DNA of 62,900 nucleotides from Candidatus Omnitrophota bacterium (GTDB taxonomy: Bacteria > Omnitrophota > Gorgyraeia > 2-01-FULL-45-10), in assembly GCA_903843285.1 (NCBI GenBank), contig CAIMPC010000019.1, forward strand, positions 1 to 62,900, written 5' to 3'. Made by a program: the position numbers and the translations under genes. The stretch's first letter is position 1. Every line of letters begins with the position of its first letter. This document shows positions 1 through 8,976 of the stretch, piece by piece. The notes beneath the pieces are model-generated. The model saw only the letters and a program-made list of their open reading frames with translations. It had not been told where the DNA came from and ran no database searches.

Positions 1-26
1 CGAATATCTTCTACGAAACCATCCTC

Positions 27-3000
27 ATGCCAGGGACAGTCCCCATCATAGGGAAACTACAGCCTGAGGACAGTCCCTTCTTTGGTATGCTCGCAGAGCT
101 CATAGATCATGAGTACGCTGAGAACGTCATGGGGCTATCACGCAGAGATGCTGCGGCCAGGGCACGGTACTTTGCCAAGGCCGGCCAAGTGAGCCCATAC
201 CATGAGTTTATATTAAGCCAGATCAAAGATGAGGATTTCTTAAATGAGCTTTTGCAGGAAGATAGGTCATGGGTTACGGATGAAAATCAAAAGACGTACG
301 AAAAAATGTTCTCCATAAGAATACACGAGGCCATATTAATGACGAGAGGGCTTGATCAGCATCTCTATGAAGCCAGCGCAGATGCAATGGCCCAGATTGC
401 CGAGACCAGGCCGGATTTCACCCAAGACGCATTATCCTCTTTTAAAAGAGTGTTAAGGACTCCTGAGCTTGATCGTTATGCATATACAGTAAGTGCCAGA
501 CGCCTTGCCCAGTATGGATTGGCTCCTCTCGAGGAATTATTAAGGGTACCAGAGCTTGATTTTGTTGTCTATTTAGTCGGCGTAAATGTGGTAGCTAAGA
601 TCGCTAAAACCAGACCCGATCTTATATCCGATACCACAATCTCCACTCTTGAAGCATTATTGATAAAAGAAGGGGTCTATGAAGCCAGCGTAAACGCAAT
701 AGCCGAGATTGCCAAGTCCAGGCCGGACCTTGCCCAGGACGCATTAGCAGTCCTTGAAGCATTATTGATAAAAGAAGGGCTTGATGGATATGTCGATTCA
801 GCCAGCGTAAACGCAATATCTGAGGTTGCGCCGGTCAGATCTGAGTTTATATCCAATATCACATTACCCTCTCTCGAAAATTTATTAACAACACCAGAGC
901 TTGATTACCATGCCTATGAGGCTAGCGCAGACGCAATAGCTGAGATAGCCAAGGCCAGGCCGGACTTTACCCAGGGTGCGTTATCTTCCCTTGAAAAAAT
1001 ACTAACAACACCAGGGCTCGATTATTATGCCTATTCAACTAGCGCAAACGCAATAGCCGAGATAGCCAAGGCCAGACCGGACCTCGCCCAGGCCGCATTA
1101 TCTCATCTCGAGGAATTATTAATGGCAGAAGGTATCGGTGATTATAAATATGAAGCCGGCGCAAACGCAATAGCTGAGATCGCCAGATCTATGCCTGAGT
1201 TCATATCTGATGCCACACTATCCTCCCTTAACAAAGTATTAATGGCGAAAGGGCTTAATTATCGCGCCTACATAGCCGGCGCAAACGCAATAGCTGAGAT
1301 CGCCAGATCCAGGCCTGAGCTCATATTCAACACGACATTATCTCATCTCGAGGAATTATTAATGACAGAAGGGCTTAATTATCGCATCTGTACAGCCGGC
1401 GCAGACGCAATATTTGAGATTGCCAAATCCAGACCCGAGCTTGCCCAGAGGGTGCTGTACTTTCTCGAAAGATTATTAATCACAAAAAGGCTTAACGATT
1501 ATGCCTATACTACCAGCGCAAATACAATGGCTGAGATCGCCAAAGCTATGCCGGATCTCGCCCAGGACACATTATCCCGCTTCGAGAAATTATTGATGAC
1601 AGGAGGTCTTGATAGTTATGCCTATAAGGGCATCGCAAACGCAATGGCTGAGATTGGCGTGCAATCCGAGAATTTATTAAACAAATTTTTAGAATATATA
1701 GAGGAAAATGAGCACAGGATTAAGATCAAGCAAATAATCCTATCATGTTTAACAAGGTATCACCCTATGCTTAAAGCTTATTTCGAAAAAGATCCTCAAT
1801 TATTAGATAGACTAACCGCAATTTTTAAAGATACGGAAGGTTTTAAGTATTTTATTTATTATCTAACCAAACGCCTTGGTGAGCCGCTACCGATCGAAGT
1901 GCGCGGTGAATTTAAATATCATACGAAAGCTGAAGAGATACTTAAAAAAGGCCCAAAGAAGGTCCTGATAATCCATAACATCAAGGACGGTCAGGGAGAC
2001 GAGCTTATAAGGACGGGCACTTTTATTCAGGCCCTACTAGATTTTAATTCCGAATTAGAGATAACAGTATACACGGGCAGAGAGTACCTCTATAACAATA
2101 AGCGTGTAACCGTTAAGAGTTTGGATAATAAAACCATCTTTGACTTAACCGATACCGATCATTTCGATATGATAATCGACCATTATGATACTGCCCGGAG
2201 ATACAGCGATTACTTTGAGTCTAAATTTAAGGATTTTCTTAATAAATTAAGCCAGTCAGGTAGGGCGCCTCCCATATACTTAAGAACCAATAAGGCTAAA
2301 GATGCATTCGTATATGAAAAGATAATTATAGATGGCGAGGAATTAATAATACCACCAGGCATTAGTAACGTGTATGACCCGATCTATAGGTTGTGCGCAG
2401 AAATGGGTCTTCCATTCAGGGCGGGAACAGAGAGATCGAAAGATTCGCTTCTTGTGGGCGGCCCTTATCCGACAACAGCAGATAATTGGTGGAGTGATAA
2501 TATTGCAAATAATCCAGATGCGAAAAGCAGGCTCATTGTCATAGTCAACGGCTTTGGCGGTGAAAGTGAAGGCAAGGGCTATACAAGAAACCGATTAGGA
2601 GATTTCGCCAAAGACGTGGAAAGCATAATTACAAATAACGGTTTTGTAATAGTACTACCCAATCAGCAGAACTATGGAACCAAAAAAATAGCAGAACAAG
2701 TAAGAGATCTGCTTAGGCCAGAACTTAGACAATACGTTGTCATACCGGATGAACCACAAAAGGACCAGCGGTTATATAAATATCTCGTAGATAAATCGGA
2801 TAGTGTGGTTACGGTAGAGGGCGGCATGATGCACCTTGCGTATAATTTAGGCAAACCATTTACAGTTTTACAAATGGAAGGTTCGGGCTCATTAGATAAG
2901 TGGGTGCCATACGCGCTAACGCCAGAACAACTGGTGGGCCCTAAGCCATACGTGGCCGCAGGCCTTATAGGTAAAAAGAAGCCCATCGGTATAACGAAGA

Positions 3001-4955
3001 ATGAGGAGACCGCAGAGTTTACGATCACCGCCACAGATCTCGATGCAACGCCGCTATCGAAGCCAGAAGTAATTACTGTAGGATACCGGGAACCAACGAG
3101 CGACCAGAGAGGGCGCATACTGGAGTTGATAGAGGCGCAGTATAGGCCAAAGCTGAGAGAGATAATGGATACCGCCGCAAGGGACCACATCGAAAAGATC
3201 TTAAACTACCTCCGTGATAATATAAATAATCTCCGCCTCTTAAATTACAATAGTCTTGTGCAGGGATATGGGGATTCCCAATATATCCTTTTGAACGAAG
3301 AACTATTTAACAATATTCTTGATTTTGATCCGAGAAAGAGGGATGCCGCGTTTGCCCTACTATTCCATGAAGCAGGACATTCATACTTTGATTCTAATCC
3401 CGGTGACCGTGTTCCCGAGGGCCTAAATGTGCATATGTATTTAAGAGGATCAGGGATTGTAGCCAGAGATTATAATAGGAACCAAACCGGTGTAGAAAAA
3501 TTACTGCCTGATGGCATGGGTCTGCAGGATTTTCTGGTAGGGGAAGATGCAAATAATAGGGTGACAGATATGATAAAGAATCTGAAAATTAAACACGCGG
3601 TGCCAATCGCGGATAAAATTATTGATAAGATTAAATTACTGAAAGAAATCGGCCCGGGTGAAGTAGAAGGCCGGATAAGAGGCGCTCTGTACGAAGAGAT
3701 TTACCGACGTTCAAAGCTTGATTTATTAATTGAAATGAACCTCCTAAGCCCCGATATCCGTAAGCCTTTACATGACCTGTTGGTGCTTGATAATAAAGGA
3801 GCAGAAGCTGTGGGAGGCCATGCCCGAACCCTAAGCATAGTACTTAATTCTCTACGATCGAGAATATTGAACGATATTGATGATGTATTAGAGGATGCGG
3901 AGAGATCTTTGGATAACAGATCGAAAGATGGGGCTGAGGTCACTGTAATCCAGGCCATCAGAGATGTAATAGAAGACTTTAAATATAAAATCGGAATTGT
4001 AAGAAACATAATGAACTCAGGAGTTGTTGAGATCGAGACCGCAAAGTTACCTATCGAACCTGTCCAGGCGCCAACCGTGCCCGTGCCATACTCGGAAGCC
4101 TACAGTGACGAACTGACCGCGAAAATGAACTTACTCAGTAACGCCAAGGAATTGATTGCAAGCTTTACTCTTATGTTCGTCGCGGCGACGATTGATCGTG
4201 CGAAGTTAATCGATGCCATGAAGTCGGTGGCAGTTACCCCGGAAGCTATACTGCAGATTGTTTCTGAGATCGATAGTCTGCAGGACCGTGTCCAGTGTTC
4301 CGAGCTCGAGATGGCGCTCCGTGCCGCGGTTCTAGTAAAAGGACTGGGTGACGTTCCGCCGAATGGACATACAAATATCGTGGTTCAGATTGCCAAGGCG
4401 GGCGAATCAAGCCCAGCAAGAAGGCCCATACAGAATATTATCGGCAAGTTCGCAAAATATTTATTTGCCGAATCGATAATCAAAGAAGGTGTAGATGATG
4501 AAAATAGTCTGGAAAAGCTTCTCGACAAAGTAATTCAAGATGTAAAGAATCCGTCCAAGCCGAAACCTCGAGCCATAGTGCTGTTGCCGGAATATTTGCA
4601 CGACCTATTAGATTCTGCTAAGAATTATTTGAAAACGGAGTACCAGATCAATGTCGATGACATCGACGCGCTTATAAAGATACAAAAGATAGGGCAGGGA
4701 GATAATCCAGACCTGATTACGCAGTTTGGACTTGGACTCGAACTCATTGAGCATGTGCGAAAGGGGAGGGATGCGGAGCCGGGCCAGGGGCTCATCAATC
4801 TCATCTCTGCGATGGTCGACTTGTCCGATTATAGTAATAACCCGGCCGAGGCGATCAAAGCCCTCTTCACGGGCGTCTTAAAGATTCGAAAAATTGACTG
4901 GAACACTGTAGACGAGAAGCGAAAAGCCTGGGAAGCCGTAGCAACTGCGTTGTAA
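27..4955 (+). CDS. Giant multidomain protein: about 12 tandem ~40-aa HEAT/ARM-like helical repeats, a central GT9 (ADP-heptose:LPS heptosyltransferase)-like GT-B domain, an HEAGH (HExxH) motif, and a long helical C-terminal region. Possibly 5'-truncated by the window edge.
   Basis: Uninterrupted 1642-codon ORF. The frame has no stop back to nt 3, so the true start may lie upstream. The repeat consensus is roughly YEASANAIAEIAKARPDLAQxALSxLExLLxTxGLDxYA. The segments KKVLIIHNIKDGQGDELIRTGTFIQALL, RLIVIVNGFGGESEGKGY and DSVVTVEGGMMHLAYNLGKPFTVL line up with the three hallmark blocks of WaaC/WaaF-type GT9 enzymes. FHEAGH is encoded at nt 3363-3380. Confidence 0.7.
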   Translation: MPGTVPIIGKLQPEDSPFFGMLAELIDHEYAENVMGLSRRDAAARARYFAKAGQVSPYHEFILSQIKDEDFLNELLQEDRSWVTDENQKTYEKMFSIRIHEAILMTRGLDQHLYEASADAMAQIAETRPDFTQDALSSFKRVLRTPELDRYAYTVSARRLAQYGLAPLEELLRVPELDFVVYLVGVNVVAKIAKTRPDLISDTTISTLEALLIKEGVYEASVNAIAEIAKSRPDLAQDALAVLEALLIKEGLDGYVDSASVNAISEVAPVRSEFISNITLPSLENLLTTPELDYHAYEASADAIAEIAKARPDFTQGALSSLEKILTTPGLDYYAYSTSANAIAEIAKARPDLAQAALSHLEELLMAEGIGDYKYEAGANAIAEIARSMPEFISDATLSSLNKVLMAKGLNYRAYIAGANAIAEIARSRPELIFNTTLSHLEELLMTEGLNYRICTAGADAIFEIAKSRPELAQRVLYFLERLLITKRLNDYAYTTSANTMAEIAKAMPDLAQDTLSRFEKLLMTGGLDSYAYKGIANAMAEIGVQSENLLNKFLEYIEENEHRIKIKQIILSCLTRYHPMLKAYFEKDPQLLDRLTAIFKDTEGFKYFIYYLTKRLGEPLPIEVRGEFKYHTKAEEILKKGPKKVLIIHNIKDGQGDELIRTGTFIQALLDFNSELEITVYTGREYLYNNKRVTVKSLDNKTIFDLTDTDHFDMIIDHYDTARRYSDYFESKFKDFLNKLSQSGRAPPIYLRTNKAKDAFVYEKIIIDGEELIIPPGISNVYDPIYRLCAEMGLPFRAGTERSKDSLLVGGPYPTTADNWWSDNIANNPDAKSRLIVIVNGFGGESEGKGYTRNRLGDFAKDVESIITNNGFVIVLPNQQNYGTKKIAEQVRDLLRPELRQYVVIPDEPQKDQRLYKYLVDKSDSVVTVEGGMMHLAYNLGKPFTVLQMEGSGSLDKWVPYALTPEQLVGPKPYVAAGLIGKKKPIGITKNEETAEFTITATDLDATPLSKPEVITVGYREPTSDQRGRILELIEAQYRPKLREIMDTAARDHIEKILNYLRDNINNLRLLNYNSLVQGYGDSQYILLNEELFNNILDFDPRKRDAAFALLFHEAGHSYFDSNPGDRVPEGLNVHMYLRGSGIVARDYNRNQTGVEKLLPDGMGLQDFLVGEDANNRVTDMIKNLKIKHAVPIADKIIDKIKLLKEIGPGEVEGRIRGALYEEIYRRSKLDLLIEMNLLSPDIRKPLHDLLVLDNKGAEAVGGHARTLSIVLNSLRSRILNDIDDVLEDAERSLDNRSKDGAEVTVIQAIRDVIEDFKYKIGIVRNIMNSGVVEIETAKLPIEPVQAPTVPVPYSEAYSDELTAKMNLLSNAKELIASFTLMFVAATIDRAKLIDAMKSVAVTPEAILQIVSEIDSLQDRVQCSELEMALRAAVLVKGLGDVPPNGHTNIVVQIAKAGESSPARRPIQNIIGKFAKYLFAESIIKEGVDDENSLEKLLDKVIQDVKNPSKPKPRAIVLLPEYLHDLLDSAKNYLKTEYQINVDDIDALIKIQKIGQGDNPDLITQFGLGLELIEHVRKGRDAEPGQGLINLISAMVDLSDYSNNPAEAIKALFTGVLKIRKIDWNTVDEKRKAWEAVATAL
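366..1660 (+). repeat. In-frame tandem array of ~110-123 bp units encoding the helical repeats of the giant protein
   Basis: Long DNA-level identities between units. For example, gaagcattattgataaaagaaggg...gccagcgtaaacgcaata occurs at ~650-700 and again at ~755-810. gccggcgcaaacgcaatagctgagatcgccagatc occurs at ~1155-1190 and ~1275-1310. Confidence 0.85.
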
Positions 4956-5114
4956 TTATTCCACCCCAGATTTTTTCGACCATATGGCGAAAAAATGTTC
5001 TCGCTCCACAGGGAGATTTTTCGACCCACACGATCAAGCCGCAAAAATATCGTCTTAATGATAACCGCCGATAACAAGGTGGACGCTTATTCTCAGACAA
5101 CGTGCATACCGTGA

Positions 5115-5143
5115 TTGACAAACTCCCGCTGTTATTATATAGT
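5115..5143 (+). promoter_or_regulatory. Candidate sigma70-type promoter upstream of the lpxL-family gene
   Basis: TTGACA (5115-5120), 17-nt spacer, TATAGT (5138-5143). The ATG at 5155 is only ~12 nt after the -10 box and no Shine-Dalgarno sequence is visible. Confidence 0.4.
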
Positions 5144-5154
5144 AAACGCCGTAT

Positions 5155-6042
5155 ATGAAATTCAAATTCAGAAGGTACTATCTGTATTATTGGGGTCGGT
5201 GCCTTGCGTTTATGGTCTGTCTATTGCCTTTGTCTATTGCTCTTTTTATAGCCAAATCACTCGGCAGAGCTTCTTTTGGGCTGGTTGCCAAGTACAGAAA
5301 CCAGACCTTAGATAACTTGCGATTGGCGTTTCCTGATAAGAGTGAGCAAGAGATCAGGCGGATCGCCGTTAAGGTATTCGAGAACATTGGCAAAATCGCC
5401 GCAGAGCTTATAAATTTTCCCAAGATTAATAAATCCAATATAGATAAATTTGTACGGATAGAGAATTTTGACTTATTGGACAATGAGCTAAAAAAGGGCA
5501 AAGGCGTTATACTTCTTACTGCCCATTTCGGTAATTGGGAGCTATTGGCGCTGACTATGCGGGTGAAGGGTTATCCCGGTTCGGCGATCGGCAGACGCAT
5601 CTATTTCCATAAGTACGATGAGTATCTTAATCATCTCCGTAAGGTAAATGATGTCAATGTGATCTATCGTGATCAGTCGCCGCGGAGCATATTGAAGGTG
5701 CTTAGAGCTAACAGGATTATAGGAATGCTCGCCGATCAGGATGTCGATTCCGTAGATGGGGTATTTGTAGATTTTTTCGGTAAGAGCGCTTATACTCCCG
5801 TGGCTCCGGCCGCTCTGGCGATGGCGAGCGGGGCTTCGCTGGTGCCGGCATTTATTATAAGAAGCGGCGGTAAGCACGTCCTTACTATCGGTAAACCTAT
5901 AGAGATGGTAAATACGGGAAATAAGGAGAGCGATCTTTTAACAAATACAAAAAGGTGGTCGGACGTAGTGGAATCTTATATCAGGAGATATCCTGATCAA
6001 TGGGTCTGGATGCACCGAAGATGGAAGACGAGGCCAAAATGA
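5155..6042 (+). CDS. lpxL: Lipid A biosynthesis (Kdo2-lipid IVA) late acyltransferase, LpxL/HtrB family
   Basis: 295 aa with an N-terminal TM segment. It carries the LLTAHFGNWELL (HX4E) motif and the MLADQD block typical of the LpxL/LpxM family. lpt genes lie directly downstream. Confidence 0.7.
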   Translation: MKFKFRRYYLYYWGRCLAFMVCLLPLSIALFIAKSLGRASFGLVAKYRNQTLDNLRLAFPDKSEQEIRRIAVKVFENIGKIAAELINFPKINKSNIDKFVRIENFDLLDNELKKGKGVILLTAHFGNWELLALTMRVKGYPGSAIGRRIYFHKYDEYLNHLRKVNDVNVIYRDQSPRSILKVLRANRIIGMLADQDVDSVDGVFVDFFGKSAYTPVAPAALAMASGASLVPAFIIRSGGKHVLTIGKPIEMVNTGNKESDLLTNTKRWSDVVESYIRRYPDQWVWMHRRWKTRPK

Positions 6043-6884
6043 ATATGATGAAGAATTTTGCTGTAGCCATGATGGTGATGTTTTTGTTTCTGGGAGGCTG
6101 TGGTAAGAAAGAAGCGCCGAGGCCTAAAGAGCCCGTCGCACCTAAACAAACTCGCCCGACTGATAATATAGCGCCGGTCAGCACTACCGCTAAAAACTCA
6201 GGTGATCCTGTGAATCATAAGGTCCTTTCATTTAATTTGGAAGGCCTGAGCGAACGCGGCACTAAGAAGTGGGATGTGAAAGGTGATTCGGCCGAGGCCG
6301 TATCGGAGAACGAGATAAAACTCGATAATATAGTAGCCTCGGCTTATGGCGAAGAGGCGGAGGCGGTCATTACCGCCGACAAGGGTGTTTATGACAGATC
6401 AAAGAATAATGTGAAGCTCGAACAGAATGTGCACGCGACCATCGAGTCCACCAAAGGTTTCGCCGGAGATTTTGTAGAAGGATCGGGACAGGTCGATAAC
6501 AGCAAGAAAGAGGCGGCATTTGCAAAAGGTGATAAGCCAAAGAAATCAAAGACCACAATAACCTGTGATGGCGAGGTGCAGTTCGATTACGAGAAGAACC
6601 AGGCATACTTCCTTAAAAACGTTAAGGTCGTGAGCGAAGACGGCACCATAGATTCGGACAAGCTCACGGTATATCTGGATCCGAGCACGAGAAGATTGAA
6701 AGAGATAGTAGCCGATGGGAACGTTAGGATAGTAAGAGGTGACAATACTACGTTCAGCCAGAAAGCCAGTTACTCAGAGACCGACAAGAAAGTATCTCTA
6801 TCGGGTAGTCCCAAACTGGTATTATCCCCCGAAGGTGGCATGGGTTTCGATACTAATTTTACAGGTGAGGCGAAAAAGAAATAA
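6039..6884 (+). CDS. Lipoprotein with an LptC-like N-terminal half and an LptA/OstA-like C-terminal half
   Basis: I prefer the ATG at 6039, which makes an ATGA overlap with the lpxL stop, over the track start at 6000. The lipobox is FLFLGGC. The first half (ITADKGVYDRSKNNVKLEQNVHA) is LptC-like. The second half (ITCDGEVQFDYEKNQAYFLKNVKVV...ADGNVRIVRGDNTTFSQKASYSETDKKVSLSGSPKL) is OstA/LptA-like. The stop overlaps the lptB start (TAATG). Confidence 0.55.
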   Translation: MNMMKNFAVAMMVMFLFLGGCGKKEAPRPKEPVAPKQTRPTDNIAPVSTTAKNSGDPVNHKVLSFNLEGLSERGTKKWDVKGDSAEAVSENEIKLDNIVASAYGEEAEAVITADKGVYDRSKNNVKLEQNVHATIESTKGFAGDFVEGSGQVDNSKKEAAFAKGDKPKKSKTTITCDGEVQFDYEKNQAYFLKNVKVVSEDGTIDSDKLTVYLDPSTRRLKEIVADGNVRIVRGDNTTFSQKASYSETDKKVSLSGSPKLVLSPEGGMGFDTNFTGEAKKK

Positions 6885-7606
6885 TGCATCTCTTAGAGGC
6901 TACGGGCCTGGTTAAATCATACGGCGCAAGACGAGTAGTTAACTCGGTGGATATAAATGTTAAGCGCGGTGAGATTGTGGGTCTCCTGGGACCTAACGGC
7001 GCGGGTAAGACGACCACATTCTACATGATCACCGGCATCATTCCTCCCGACAGCGGCCGCATAGTATTTGACCGTAAAGACATAACAAAGATGTCACTGC
7101 ATAATAGGGCCCGCTGTGGTATCGGTTATCTCGCCCAAGAGCCGTCAATATTCCGAAAACTCACAGTACGCGAAAATATAATGGCTGTACTCGAGACTCT
7201 CGGCTTCTCTCCCAGGGAGAGGAAACGTAGGGCAGATGAATTATTGAATGAATTGAAGATAGCCCATTTAAGTAAGAGCATGGCCTATACTCTTTCCGGC
7301 GGGGAGAAGAGGCGGGTCGAGATCACGCGCGCGCTGGTTACGAACCCGATGTTCATACTTTTAGATGAGCCATTCAGCGGCATAGACCCGATAGCTGTAG
7401 CCGAATGCCAGGAGATAATAAAAGAGCTTAAGAGTAAAGGCCTTGGTATACTGGTGACTGACCATAACGTCAGAGAAACGCTTTCAATAACGGATCGCTC
7501 CTACCTTATGGCCGAAGGTAATATTTTAATTTCCGGCACCAAGGAAGAGCTGATATCCAGCCCCAAAGCCAGGGAGATCTATCTTGGTGAAAAATTTACA
7601 ATGTGA
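6884..7606 (+). CDS. lptB: LPS export ABC transporter ATP-binding protein LptB
   Basis: Walker A GPNGAGKTT, signature LSGGEKRR, Walker B ILLDEPF. The N-terminal region is typical of LptB, and the gene sits in an lpt context. Confidence 0.9.
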   Translation: MHLLEATGLVKSYGARRVVNSVDINVKRGEIVGLLGPNGAGKTTTFYMITGIIPPDSGRIVFDRKDITKMSLHNRARCGIGYLAQEPSIFRKLTVRENIMAVLETLGFSPRERKRRADELLNELKIAHLSKSMAYTLSGGEKRRVEITRALVTNPMFILLDEPFSGIDPIAVAECQEIIKELKSKGLGILVTDHNVRETLSITDRSYLMAEGNILISGTKEELISSPKAREIYLGEKFTM

Positions 7607-7616
7607 TCGGATTTTG

Positions 7617-7625
7617 TGATATAAT
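7617..7625 (+). promoter_or_regulatory. Candidate extended -10 promoter for tig
   Basis: TGATATAAT (TGnTATAAT) at 7617-7625. A weak -35 TTTACA lies at 7595-7600 with a long 19-nt spacer. The element sits in the loop of the inverted repeat cggattttg/caaaatccg (7607-7650). Confidence 0.4.
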
Positions 7626-7676
7626 TTTTCCTTCAAAATCCGTAAAATATTATTAAATAAACGAAAGGGATATAGA

Positions 7677-8951
7677 TTGAAATCAAAGGTTAAGTTAATT
7701 GATGAATGTTCAGCGATCTTAGAGATAGAGACGTCCAAAGAGACCATATCGAAGGCATTCGATGAAGTATACAACGAGATCGCAAAAGTAGCTAATATTC
7801 CCGGCTTTAGAGCGGGTAAAGCCCCTATAGATATGGTCAGATTAAGCTATGCAAAGGCCGCCAAAGAAGAGGTCTTGAAACGCTTAGTTCCGGAGGGATA
7901 CCGTAAGGCTCTTCAAGAACACGAGGTTAACCCCATCGGTATGCCGGAGATTAGCGATCTGGTATTCGAAGACGATAAGCCTTTTACATTTAAGGCAAAG
8001 GTTGAGACGCGTCCCAAATTTAAGCTGAAGACATATAAGGGATTAAACCTCGAGAAGAAGAAGGTCTCTATAACGGACGAAGATATAGATAAAACGATAA
8101 AGAGCCTGCAAGAAGTAAATGCCAAATATGCGACGATTGATGGCAGGCCGGTCCAGATGGGTGACTATGTGGTAAGTGATATGGAGTGCTATGTAGACGG
8201 TAAGGCTATCCATAAGAAGAGGGAAAATCTTTGGCTTACCATGGAAAAAGATTCGTTCGTACCGGGACTCGCCGAGAAGATGGTCGGGATGAAGAAGGGC
8301 GACGAGACGGATATAGATGCGAAGCTTCCGGAAAAATACCCTAACGAAAAACTTGCCGGAAAAGATGCCAGGTACCATGTGCTGGTTAAAGAGATAAAAG
8401 AGAAGAAATTGCCCAATATAGATGATGAGCTGGCAAAGGATCTTGGTAAAGATAATCTCGATAGCCTTAAGAAGGAGATAGTTAAAGAGCTCGAGGCCAG
8501 GGCTATCTCGACTGCCGAGATAAATGTGGAGAACCAGCTTCTGGACAAACTCTCCGGTGACAACGTGTTCCGCGTTCCTGCCAGCTTTGTTGCAAAACAA
8601 TTGGATCATATGATCGAAGATGCCAAGCGTAAACTGCAGGAGAGGGGATTCGGTAAGGAAGAATTAGATAAGAAGAATAAGGAGTTTGAGGATAGATTTA
8701 AAGAAGATGCCGAGAAGCAGATAAGGCTACTATTCATACTCGATGAGATAGCCTCAAAGGAGAAGATAGAGATCACGGAAGAGGATATCTCGAGCGCGTT
8801 TAAGGTGATAGCGGCCAATAGCGGTAAAGAGGAAGGTTTCATTAAGGATTATTATGAGAAGGAAGACCTCATGGATAATCTGAAAGATAAGATACGAGAA
8901 GGAAAGACCGTCAAATTCCTTCTGGATAATTCGAAAATAATAGAGAAGTAG
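7677..8951 (+). CDS. tig: Trigger factor
   Basis: 424 aa. Carries the trigger factor signature GFRxGxxP (GFRAGKAP) near the N-terminus. TTG start as given by the track. clpP follows. Confidence 0.92.
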   Translation: MKSKVKLIDECSAILEIETSKETISKAFDEVYNEIAKVANIPGFRAGKAPIDMVRLSYAKAAKEEVLKRLVPEGYRKALQEHEVNPIGMPEISDLVFEDDKPFTFKAKVETRPKFKLKTYKGLNLEKKKVSITDEDIDKTIKSLQEVNAKYATIDGRPVQMGDYVVSDMECYVDGKAIHKKRENLWLTMEKDSFVPGLAEKMVGMKKGDETDIDAKLPEKYPNEKLAGKDARYHVLVKEIKEKKLPNIDDELAKDLGKDNLDSLKKEIVKELEARAISTAEINVENQLLDKLSGDNVFRVPASFVAKQLDHMIEDAKRKLQERGFGKEELDKKNKEFEDRFKEDAEKQIRLLFILDEIASKEKIEITEEDISSAFKVIAANSGKEEGFIKDYYEKEDLMDNLKDKIREGKTVKFLLDNSKIIEK

Positions 8952-8976
8952 CGCTAATCAAAACTTCGGAGGTATT

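Noticed and set aside
3363-3380. HEAGH motif taken as proof of a metalloprotease domain in the giant protein
   Set aside because: HExxH alone occurs by chance in long proteins, and I could not recognise a surrounding peptidase family. It is reported only as a motif to test.
4971-4995. Palindrome after the giant ORF as a Rho-independent terminator
   Set aside because: The T tract precedes the stem and the A tract follows it on both strands, which is the opposite of terminator geometry. I kept it only as a low-interest palindrome.
5115-5315. Same-strand alternative-frame ORFs inside genes (5115-5315, 18643-18864, 21047-21280, 43840-44028, 46677-46880)
   Set aside because: They are embedded out of frame in strongly supported genes (lpxL-like, cdsA, rseP, uvrA, TPR protein) and have no RBS or recognisable motifs.
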